Positions 1 to 9,641 of a DNA stretch of 12,351 bases are shown here, one piece after another (positions within the stretch are counted from its first letter, which is position 1; every line of letters starts with the position of its first letter). A program made the position numbers and the translations under genes. The DNA lies in the NCBI GenBank assembly GCA_051294375.1, contig JBJCIZ010001283.1, positions 1 through 12,351 on the forward strand. Direction: 5' to 3'. The DNA comes from Paraspadella gotoi. Its lineage: Eukaryota > Animalia > Chaetognatha. Below the pieces are notes generated by a model that saw only the letters and a program-made list of their open reading frames with translations, was not told the DNA's origin and did not search any database.

Positions 1-710
1 ATCGGTTAACAAATTAAAGTCCTGAATTTATGAAAATCTTTAAAAAAATATCATACAATGATAATTCTTGAGCATTCATACGGCAGACACAAAACAAAAA
101 ATATGAGATAATCTATCATTAGAAACATATTCATAGCTCTTATATGAAAACAAAAATATTTGGTATTGATAAACACAAAACACAAAAGAAAAAATATAAA
201 AATTAAACGAAAATAAAATTTCGGAAATTGAATATGAAAATATAGTTTAACTTCCAACATAAATCCTGTGGCAAAAAAAATATTTTTGATATTCTTGCAT
301 AAATGTATTTTTATAACTAAAATATAATATTTTTTTAGTTGAAAAAAAAAGAACTGTTTTAATCGTTAACTGGATGGACCAGTTTACTAGAGCGGAACAG
401 GTTAAAAACTAAAAGTATAGATATTAGTAAAGTGTTTATATCAAAGATCCTACTTCAATTTATTCTCAATCTATCCATCCAATTATGATTAAAATTATTA
501 AAAAGGTTCAAATAAAAGTGACTTATGTTTTTTCCATTTAAACTCATTTCCATTCGCACGATTCCATCGAAACTTTAAATTGTTCAACCTTCCACTTCCT
601 TAAGAACTCCTTGTATTATTTACCAATTCATAACAACCTCACTGTATTAAAATAGAAAACGGGGGAAAAGTTTAATCGTTATATTAAAATAAAAATTTTT
701 TTATGTTTTT

Positions 711-775
711 TTAATCTCTTTTAATCTCTTTTTTTTCACTTTGCATCTATATATATAATATATGCATATATAATA
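711..775. repeat. Low-complexity patch: 10-bp tandem duplication (ttaatctctt)x2 plus short (TA)n run
   Basis: ttaatctctt ttaatctctt at 711-730; TA-rich run with the palindrome atatatgcatatat at ~748-772. Confidence 0.6.
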
Positions 776-1364
776 TTGGCAAAACCACTTGGATCCAAAA
801 ACATTTAAAAATGATTACGAAAAATTTCTTGGGATTTTTGTTCGTTTTGACGTTGAGTTATGGTGCGTCGTGATTTAAATAAAACAAAGTAATTTATGAT
901 AAAAATGATTTCAAATCAAGTTTTATGTATAAAAAAAACAACCTTATATTAAAGTTTTGTACGTGATTAAAAATAATCGTTTCGATACTCAACATGTTTA
1001 ATACGATTTCAACCCAAATCTTACATACTTAACCCACTTTTTAAAATTTTAAAATTTGTTAAATTTCTTAATTTGAAATATTTCCTCAATTCATTTTTCG
1101 AGGTGGCGTCTCGGCCATTTGCAATTCGGCCAATGCATTTGTCGATTATGGGCGACTCGTTCTCAGAATTAGCGCTGGCTGCGGAATTAACGTTTTTAAT
1201 AAAAAGGGTCATTCAATTCAACTTCAAAATAGGCCAAAATGGAGTACAAATTCAGAAAGCTGAGCTCCTGGCGATTCCGAAAATGTATTCACTTTAAACA
1301 TTTGATGCATTCTACCCCATTTTATATCGGTTTTAATTATAATATAAAATAAAAGAAACCTATC

Positions 1365-1637
1365 TGAAGAGTTGCAGGTCAAACGAAAAGGCCAATCCAT
1401 CTGATATTTTTTATGAATTTTTTATTACTGAATTAGAAAAATGTAATAGAGAGACATTTTTAAATTTCAACTTGTATCCTTGAAAATGAAACGTTTTTAA
1501 ACTTTAACCCTGAATTCTTTCTAACTGGAACGCGTTTATCAAAATGTCTCTCTATTACATTTTTACAAATGTTTTTAAGATTGCTAATCAAATTTTTAAT
1601 TCAATATTATTGCAGTCGTTTAGGCTGCAACTCTTCA
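1365..1637. mobile_element. Foldback/MITE-like element with bipartite inverted repeats
   Basis: Outer pair: tgaagagttgcaggtcaaacga (1365-1386) versus the reverse complement of 1616-1637, 19/22 identical with the terminal 13 bp perfect. Inner pair: aaaaatgtaatagagagacatttt (1437-1460) versus 1541-1564, 24/24 perfect. Non-coding AT-rich interior. No clear target-site duplication, so the family is unassigned. Confidence 0.6.
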
Positions 1638-2312
1638 AATTCAGTGTAGATTCATTGTAGCTCGAATTTCTTTACCATCTATTTAACTGAAGATTTTGTT
1701 CATGACTGGAAAACCAACAGAGTAACGAGATTAATTGTTTAATTCTCCCCTTCTAAACTAACCCATACCGTGTTTTAACTTCTTACCTAGAATTTTTTCA
1801 CAAACAGATTTAAAAACAAATCTTTAAAAAATGTGCTTACCCATTTAACTTAACAATTTTGTTATTTACCGATTTCAAAAAAAATATTTAAAACACAATG
1901 TTGACATATAAATAAAATCCTTTTTTTTGGTGATTACTGGTGATTACGATGTATTTCTCGATGTTTTAGCTCTAATACATCAATGATTACGTATTGTTAT
2001 GCTGAATGACTTTTCCGAAGGTAAAAATAAGCAATGAGAATTATTTGAGAATTAATTAATTATTTAATTTATAATTAATTAATTATCTTTAATCTTGAAT
2101 GAAATTTTATGCTCGCTTTTCAAAGAGTGCCCTTTTGTTTTTCGTTTATCCCAAAATTTGAAATGAGGGCGGAATCCTAACCTCGTAAGCGGAGAGGCGG
2201 AAAAATATTCAAACATGGGAATGAAATTTGAAGGTGGATGGATAGACAAAAGTTTCATTAACAATTGGAAGAAAAACTTTGATGGAAAATACACAAAGGT
2301 AGAGAGTTGAGA

Positions 2313-2355
2313 CAATCAATCAAATTGATGGCCAATCAAATTGATTGGTGATTGA
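2313..2355. promoter_or_regulatory. Palindromic, tandemly duplicated CCAAT-containing motif cluster (possible NF-Y-type sites)
   Basis: ccaatcaa-a-ttgattgg (2332-2348) is a perfect 8+1+8 inverted repeat with CCAATCA on both strands. It is preceded by a near copy caatcaaattgatgg (2317-2331). The structure is seen directly, but the regulatory role is only inferred. Confidence 0.3.
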
Positions 2356-2614
2356 TAAATATATGTTAATTCATCGGGATCGATTCGTTCGACATTATTA
2401 CGCGTGGCCAGAAATTTTTGTGAATCCTTTAATCATTATGATATTGGTGCAACGAATATTAAAATTATCCATTCATTTAATAAATAAGCTATCTTGCCCC
2501 TGACTTTGGATAGGCTATGGTAGTTTAAGGCCTCCATCACTCTTGTATCATCGTTGTGACGTGATCACCCGGAAATACACGTTCAAAAAAGTCACATTGG
2601 AATTACCGTTCTTG

Positions 2615-2745
2615 TTTTTAGTTGCGCCGCGAGTATTCGCGGAGCAACTCTATAAGTCTCTTTTCAGTCGGTCTGTCGGTCGGTCGGTATGTCTGTCCGT
2701 CGGTCTTACATTAAAAATGCTCATAACTCGTCTATAGTTGGTTGC
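2615..2745 (+). mobile_element. 5' block of a DINE-1/HINE-like non-autonomous Helentron-associated element (3' end not identified)
   Basis: T-run (2615-2619) is immediately followed by the hairpin AGTTGC-G-CCGCGA-gtat-TCGCGG-A-GCAACT (2620-2649, 12/13 pairs), then a (GTCG/GTCT/GTCC)n microsatellite (2667-2706). This T-run / subterminal inverted repeat / GTCN microsatellite order matches the known 5' architecture of DINE-1/HINE/pearl-type elements. The right boundary is a guess. Confidence 0.7.
2667..2706. repeat. Imperfect tetranucleotide microsatellite (GTCG/GTCT/GTCC)n, ~10 units
   Basis: gtcg gtct gtcg gtcg gtcg gtat gtct gtcc gtcg gtct read directly from the sequence. Confidence 0.92.
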
Positions 2746-2872
2746 TCATTGTTGCCTCATTTGAGGTAGGGACTGCTTGGCGCCGCCATTTCAGGAAATT
2801 CTTTAAAATATAATGAATAAAAAGACGGATTCCAATCTGCAGCGGCTCCTGGGTTTGGCCATAAATTACAAT

Positions 2873-3064
2873 ACAATATTTAAAGCAGTTTTTATACATA
2901 ATTACGAGGAAACATATTAAAAATAAGTGACTACGGCGCACACATTTTGCACATGGACCAGATCTTTTATTTGTTCTTTTCTCAACGCATCGAGGAGATT
3001 CACATTCTGTGGGGATTCGGAAGCCAGCGTGACTCCCGTTGTTGAGGAACGGTCTATTGTGCAA
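2873..3064 (-). pseudogene. Possible degenerate Cys-rich zinc-binding domain remnant (piggyBac-transposase C-terminal-like); tentative
   Basis: Translation contains C-x4-C-x11-C-x2-C-x4-H-x4-CF-x6-NCFKY. The region is more GC-rich than its surroundings. There is no ATG start and there are stops immediately upstream. Resemblance judged by eye only. Confidence 0.2.
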
Positions 3065-5316
3065 TTATCACTTCTAAATATCCACGTGCGAAAACGATTC
3101 AACTGAGGAGCTGCCTATTCAGGGTTTCTCAAATTAATATCATTTTTTCTTTTTAAATATCAGATGATTGTATATTCATTTTCAGTTTCTAGAATTAACT
3201 ATTCATGTTTGTTTGTTAATTCAGTTTGAATCTGTTTTATCCCATTTATATTGCCCTTCTTGTCGATGAAATCCAGGTTATTTTTTTTTTTTAGCTTATC
3301 ATCTTCCTAACTTAAATTCATCTTGTGAATTTGCTCGGTCTCGCTGTTTGTTTAATTACTCATCCCCTTTTTTAAACTAATGAGCAGTCATCTTATAGTA
3401 AATATCGGATCAGTTTTGCTAACCCATCAGCTTAGACATCCTAAATCGGTGTGTCCTTTTACAATATTTTTTTGCCAAAGATGTAACTATCATCGTATTA
3501 GTTTGTTGCTTTTAGAACTATCACACTTTTAGAGGAGATCACATTCAACACTCCTAAATCGGTTTCGTTTTTAAATTAAATATCATCTTATTTTGTTTAT
3601 ATCATCCGGATTTGCCAAATAACTATATCCAGTGTTGTTACTTTTTTTGTGCTTTTTAAAATTAAGTCAACCATTTTTTATCAATCATCAAGTAATAATC
3701 GGGTTTCCCTTCTTAAATATCATTTTTTCCAAATAACTTCAATCGGTTGGGTTTTTTACATTATCAATTGAAAGCAATGCATCTAAATATCAAAAATAAA
3801 TATCCAACTCCTAAACATTATAATCGGATTTTATCCTTTTAAATAATAATCATTTTTTTTAAATATCAATTGATACCCATTTTAATATATCAATCATATA
3901 TTTTTATTCAGAGTAAAAACTCCATAAATGGTTCCTATTTATATTACATTATCCAAATAATCATGCGGGTTACTTTTTTACTATCATCACTTTTTAAATA
4001 TCATGCAAACGTCTCTAAATCGGTTTCCTTTAAATATCATCTTTTTTTTAATAACATTTTCTCTCCAACGATAACTATAAAATCCGTGTTTTACGTTTTA
4101 ATATCCAAATCATTAAATACCTCATCAAGTAAAATAAATCCGGGTTCTTTTAATATCATTTTTACACAATAATATTTCATCGGTTGATGGTACTTTAACA
4201 TCACTCACTTTTTAATATATCAACTCCCTAAATCGGTTTCCTTTAAAATATCGATCTTTTTTGTAAATATTCATTTCTTACAAATAAACTATTATCCCGA
4301 TGCTTTACTTTTTAAAAATCATCATTTGTTTATATCATCAACTATAAAATCTGTATCCTTTAAAATCATTTTCTCCAACATAAGCTATCATCCGTGGTTT
4401 ACTTTGTAAATATCATTCATTTTTAAACTATTCATCAACTAAAAATTGTTTCCTTTTAAAGTGATGCATTCTCGCAAATAACTCATCCGTGTCGCTCACT
4501 TTTAATATCATCTGTCTGTTAAATATCAGAGGTGAACCACTTAAATCGGCTTTTTCTTTTCAAATCATCGTTTTTCCACGCTACATAACTATCATCGGTT
4601 TTTTTGTTACTTTCTAGACTATCATTCCTTTTATTTAAGATCATCTCAACCTCTCCCTTAGAATCGGTCGTTGCCTATCTTCTTCTAAAATATGCATATC
4701 TTGTTTTTTAATATCATTTCGTACAAAATAACGCAATCATCTGGTCTTTACTTTTAAACTATCATCATTTTGTTAAAAAATATCCATCAACTAATAAACT
4801 GTCCTCAGACACATTTTTAACCATTATTTCTCCAATACAAATACTATCATTCCATGGGTTTTCTTTTAACTATCATCCTTTTTACAATAACATAACTATG
4901 GGTAATACTAACAAGTACTCGGTTTTCCTGTTTTAGAATATTCATCGTTTTTTAATATTATTTACTTTTTCTAATATATCATCATTTTTTAATATCGATA
5001 ACTACTAAATCCTGGTTTTTTCTTTTAAATAGTCTCGTTTCCAAATAACTATCACTGGTTTTTTACTCGTTTAACTATCTCTTTGATTTTTTAAATATCA
5101 TATCAACTCCTCTAAAACGTTTCGCTTGAAATTATCATCTTTTTTAATTATCATTTTTACCTTTTAAATAGGCATCATTTTTTAAATGATCAGTACACAC
5201 TACACGTAAATCGGTTTCCTTTTTTTTTAAATATTCCATTTTTCCAAATTAACTATCACGGTGATTGTTTACATTTTAACTCGTTCCATCAGCTTATTTA
5301 ACTATCATCAACTTCC

Positions 5317-7070
5317 TAAATCGGTCCTCTTTAAATATTCATCTCTTTTTTTTAAATATTCATTTCTCCAAATAACTATCATCCGTGTTTTACTTTTTAA
5401 TATCAACATTTTTTAAATATCAGTCAATAAAAATAAATCGGTTTCCTTTTATTTAAAATATCATTTTTCAAATAAACATCATCGGTTTTTTTACTTTTAA
5501 CTATCATCAAACTTTTTTAAAATAGCACTCAACTCTAAATCGGTTTTCCTTGGTTAATTATCATCTTTTTTTTAAATATCAATTTTACTTTTTAACGACA
5601 TATCATTCATTTTTAATATCATTACCCTTAAATCGTTTCCTTTTAAATATCATTTGCCAAATACTATCATCGGGTTTTTACTTTTTAAACTAGATCACTT
5701 TATATTAAAATATCATCAAACTCCCTACAAATCGGAGTTTCCTTTTAAATACTTCGTTTTTTAAATAACATTCTCTCCAAATAACATCATCGTGTTTTAG
5801 CTTTAATATCAACATTTTTGTAATATCATCAATATAAATAAATCTTTCCTTTTTTTAAAAATATCATTTTTCCAAATAACTATCATCGATGTTTGTACTT
5901 TTTAACTATCATCACTTTTTAAAATATTCATCAACTGCCTAAATACGGTTTCCTTTAAATATCATCTTTTTTTAAATATCATCATTTCTAACAAATAACT
6001 AATCGATCCTGTTTTACTTTTAAATGATCATCATTTCTTTAATTATCATGCAATAATAAAATCTGTTTCCTTTTAAATAATCATTTCTCCAATAACCTAT
6101 CATCCGGTTTTACTTTTAAATATCATCATTTTTACAATATCATCAACTAATAAATCTGTTTCCTTTCTATTATCATTTCCTCCCAGAATAACTATCATCC
6201 GTGTTTTACCTTTGTTTTTTAAATATCATCATGTTTTAAATATCAGTAACTACTAAATCGGTTTCCTTTTTAAATTCATTATTTCCAAATAACTATCATC
6301 GGGGTTTTTTACTTTAAACTATCACCATTTTTTTAAATAATCATCAACTAATAAATCGGTTTCCTTTTAAATATCCATCCTTTTTTTAAATAGTTCATTT
6401 TACTTTTAAATTCATTTCATTATTTGTTAAAATATCGAATAACTACTACAATCGGGTTCCTTTTTAAAATATCGTTTTTTTTCCAAATAACCTATCATCG
6501 GGTTTTTTACTCGTTTAACTATCATCACTCTTTTAAATATCATCAACTCCTCCTAAATCGGTTTTTCCTTTTAAATATTCATTCTTTTTTTTAAAATCAT
6601 TGCTACAAATAACAATCAATCCCGTGTTTTACTTTAAATATCATGCATTTTAATATCACAACTAAATAAATCGGTCCTTGTTAAATACTTCATTTCTCCA
6701 AATAACTATCCGATCCAATGTTCTTTACCTTTAAATATCACATTTTTGTAAATATCAAGTAACTTACTACTAAATCGGTTTCTTTTAAATATCGTTTTTT
6801 TCCAGAATTCAACTAATCATTGGGGTTTTTCGTGTTTTTACTATTTAACTATAATCCTTTTTTAAATATCATTAACTCCTAAATCGGTTTTTCCTTGTAA
6901 ATATCCATCTTTTTTAAATATCATTTTACTTTAAATCATTCATTTTTTAAAATATCAGTAACTACCTAAATCGCGTTCCTTTTAAATATCCCATTTTATT
7001 CCAAAATAACTATCATCGCGTGTTTACTTTTAAACTCATCATCACTTTTTTTAAATATCAATCAAACTCC
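5317..7070. repeat. Complete copy of 17-monomer higher-order repeat (B A C A B A B D D A C A B D A C A)
   Basis: Monomer anchors at about 5317 B, 5434 A, 5536 C, 5629 A, 5726 B, 5839 A, 5940 B, 6057 D, 6151 D, 6254 A, 6352 C, 6446 A, 6554 B, 6667 D, 6771 A, 6880 C, 6967 A. The same order is repeated at 7815-9641. Confidence 0.85.
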
Positions 7071-7814
7071 TAAATCCGGTTTCCTTTTTTAAATATCAAT
7101 CCTTTTTTTTTTAAATAACATCTTCTCCAGAAATAACTATCATTCCGTGTTTTTACTTTAAATATCATCATTTTAAAATATCAAGAAAATAAAATCGGTT
7201 CCTTTAAATATTCATTTTTACCCGAAATAACTATCATCGGGGTGTTTTTTACTTTTAACTATGCATTCACTTTAAATATCATCAACCTCCTAAAATCGGT
7301 TCTTTCCTTTTTAAATATTCAATCCTTTTTTTAAATATCGATTTCTTACCAAATAACTATTATCCGTGGTTTTTTACTTTAAAAAAATCATCATTTTTTA
7401 AATATCATCAACTAATAAATTGGTTTCCTTTTAAATATTCATTTCTCCAAATAACATATCATCCATGTTTTACCTTTAAAATATTCATCATAATTTTTTT
7501 AAATATCAGAGTAACTACTAAAACGGTTCCTTTTTAAATATCCGTTTTTTCCAAAATAACATCATTCGGTTTTTTAACCTTTTAAATATCATCCCCTTTT
7601 TTTTTTAATATCTCAAACTCCTAATCGGTTTCGCTTTTAAAAGTATCATCATTTTTTTAAATCATCATTTTTTACTTTTAAATATCCATCATTTTTTAAA
7701 TATCAGTAACTACTTTAATCGGTTATCCTTTTAAATCATTCATTTTCCAACATAACTATCCATCGGTGTTTTACTTTAACTAGGCATCACTTTAAATATC
7801 AATCAACTTCCCCA

Positions 7815-9641
7815 TAAATCGGTTTCCTTTTTAAATATATCTTTTTTTTATAATATCGATTTCTCCACAATAACTATCATTCCGTGTGTTACTTGTTAAA
7901 TAATCAACATTTTTTTAAATATCATCATAGTAATAAATCGTTTCCTTTTAAATATCATTTATTCCAGAAATAACTATCATCGGTTTTTTTCTTTTTTTAA
8001 CTATCATCCTTTCTTTTAAACATATGCATCACAACGCTAGACCTAAATCGGTTTCCTGTTAACGAAATATCATCTCCATCCCTATCTCCTTTTTAAATAT
8101 CGATTTTACTTTTAAAATATCATCCATTATTTAAAACAATCTTCGCAGTAACTCACTAGAACCCTACGTTTTCCTTACATTCAGAACATAAATTAAGCGC
8201 ACTCTCTATCTGCTGCTTCCAAATAACATCATCGGGTTTTTACCTTTTTTAACTATCATCACTTTTTTCAGAATATCATTCAACCCTCAAATCGGTTTCC
8301 TCTGTAAATATCAATTTTTATTTAAGATATATATCAACATGTCTCCACAACTGACCTATCATCCGTGTTTTACTTACTTACAACACTTATCAACCATTTT
8401 TTAAATATAATTCAACGTAATGTGATAAATGCACGGTTTCCTTTTAAATATATTTTCCAAATTAACTATCAGCGGGTATATCTGTTTTACTTGTTAACTA
8501 TCGCATCACTTTTTAAATCGATCATTCAAACAGTCGCTACACATTCGGTTCCTTTAACGAAATCTCATCTTTTTTTTAGATATCATTTCTAAAATAACTA
8601 CATTCAGTGTTTTACTTTATATCATCATTTTTTAATATCATCAACTATATTTAAATCTGTGTCCTTTTAAATACTCATTTCTCAATAACTATCAATCCGC
8701 TGTTTTACTTTTTAAATATCATCATTTCTTAAATATTATCCAACTCAATAAATCTCGTTCCTTTTAAATATCATTTCTCCAAGAATAACCTACTCATCCA
8801 GTGTTTTACTTTAATCATCATCATTTTTAAATATCACGTACTACTAAATCGGTTATCCTTTTAAATATATTTTTCCAAATAACTAATCATCGGTTTTTTT
8901 ACTTTTAACTATCATCCCTTTTTTTAAATATTCATCAACTAAATTTAAATCGGTTCCTTTTAAATATCATCTTTTTTTAAAAATCATTTTATTTTAAATA
9001 TCAATCATTTTTTAAATACTCAGTAACTTACTAAAATCGGTCTTCCTTAAATATCGTTTTTCCAAATAACATCATCGTTTTTTTTTACCTTTTAACTTCA
9101 TCCTTTTTTAACAATAGTCATCAACACTCCTAAAGCGGTTTCCTTTTTTAGAATATCATCTTTTTGTTTTAAATCATCATTTCTACAAGTAACAATCATC
9201 CCGTGCTTTTACTTTTTAAAGTATCATTCATTTTTTAAATATCACTTCAACTAATAAATCGGTTTCCCTTTATATATCATTTCTCAAACTAAAACTATCA
9301 TCCCATGTTTGTCCTTTACCTTTAATATCATCATTGTATAAAAATATCAGTAAACTACTCTTAAATCGTTTCCTTTAAATTATCGTTTCCAAATAACTAG
9401 TCAGTCGGTGTTTAACTTTTAACTATCATCTTGTTAAAATATCATCAACTCCTGCTAAATCGCGAGTTCCTTTTAAATATTCAATCTTTAAATATCATTC
9501 TTTACTTTTAAAATCATCATTTTTTAAAATTCAGTAACTACCTAAATCGGTTTCCTTTTAAATATTCATTTTCCAAATAACTATCATCGGTGCTTTTACT
9601 TATTAACTATCATCACTGTTTAAATAATCAAATCAAACTCC
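7815..9641. repeat. Second complete copy of the 17-monomer higher-order repeat
   Basis: Anchors at about 7815 B, 7934 A, 8044 C, 8157 A, 8287 B, 8426 A, 8538 B, 8652 D, 8749 D, 8845 A, 8946 C, 9032 A, 9131 B, 9255 D, 9362 A, 9456 C, 9543 A. Diagnostic variants (tctg anchor, taacaatc, ccatg, tcgttt) fall in the same slots as in 5317-7070. Confidence 0.85.

Noticed and set aside
51-260. Minus-strand 69-aa ORF
   Set aside because: Phe/Ile/Leu-rich translation of a T-rich low-complexity strand with no recognisable domain.
828-1018. Possible inverted repeat (ttggg...gttgagt versus actcaac...cccaa)
   Set aside because: Only 5-7 bp matches with poor alignment in between, which is expected by chance in AT-rich DNA.
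1021-1297. Overlapping ORFs in a GC-richer patch; one unlisted + frame reads LQFGQCICRLW, like a GPCR ECL1/TM3 motif
   Set aside because: The frame stops a few codons later, lacks the expected TM3 continuation toward DRY, and has no convincing splice signals. It could still be an exon or TE fragment, but this is unsupported.
1029-1511. TTAACCC motifs (1029, 1504) as piggyBac termini
   Set aside because: Seven-base matches are common at this composition, and no partner terminal inverted repeat is visible.
1929-2085. ggtgattac duplication (1929-1947) and (aatt)n patch (2037-2085)
   Set aside because: Short slippage-type duplications and low complexity with no further structure.
2620-2664. Rho-independent terminator-like hairpin
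   Set aside because: No upstream bacterial gene and no adjacent U-tract on the + strand. It is better explained as the subterminal inverted repeat of a HINE-like element.
2543-2737. 64-aa plus-strand ORF
   Set aside because: It runs through the HINE-like hairpin and GTCN microsatellite (SVGRSVCLSV), a typical repeat-derived pseudo-ORF.
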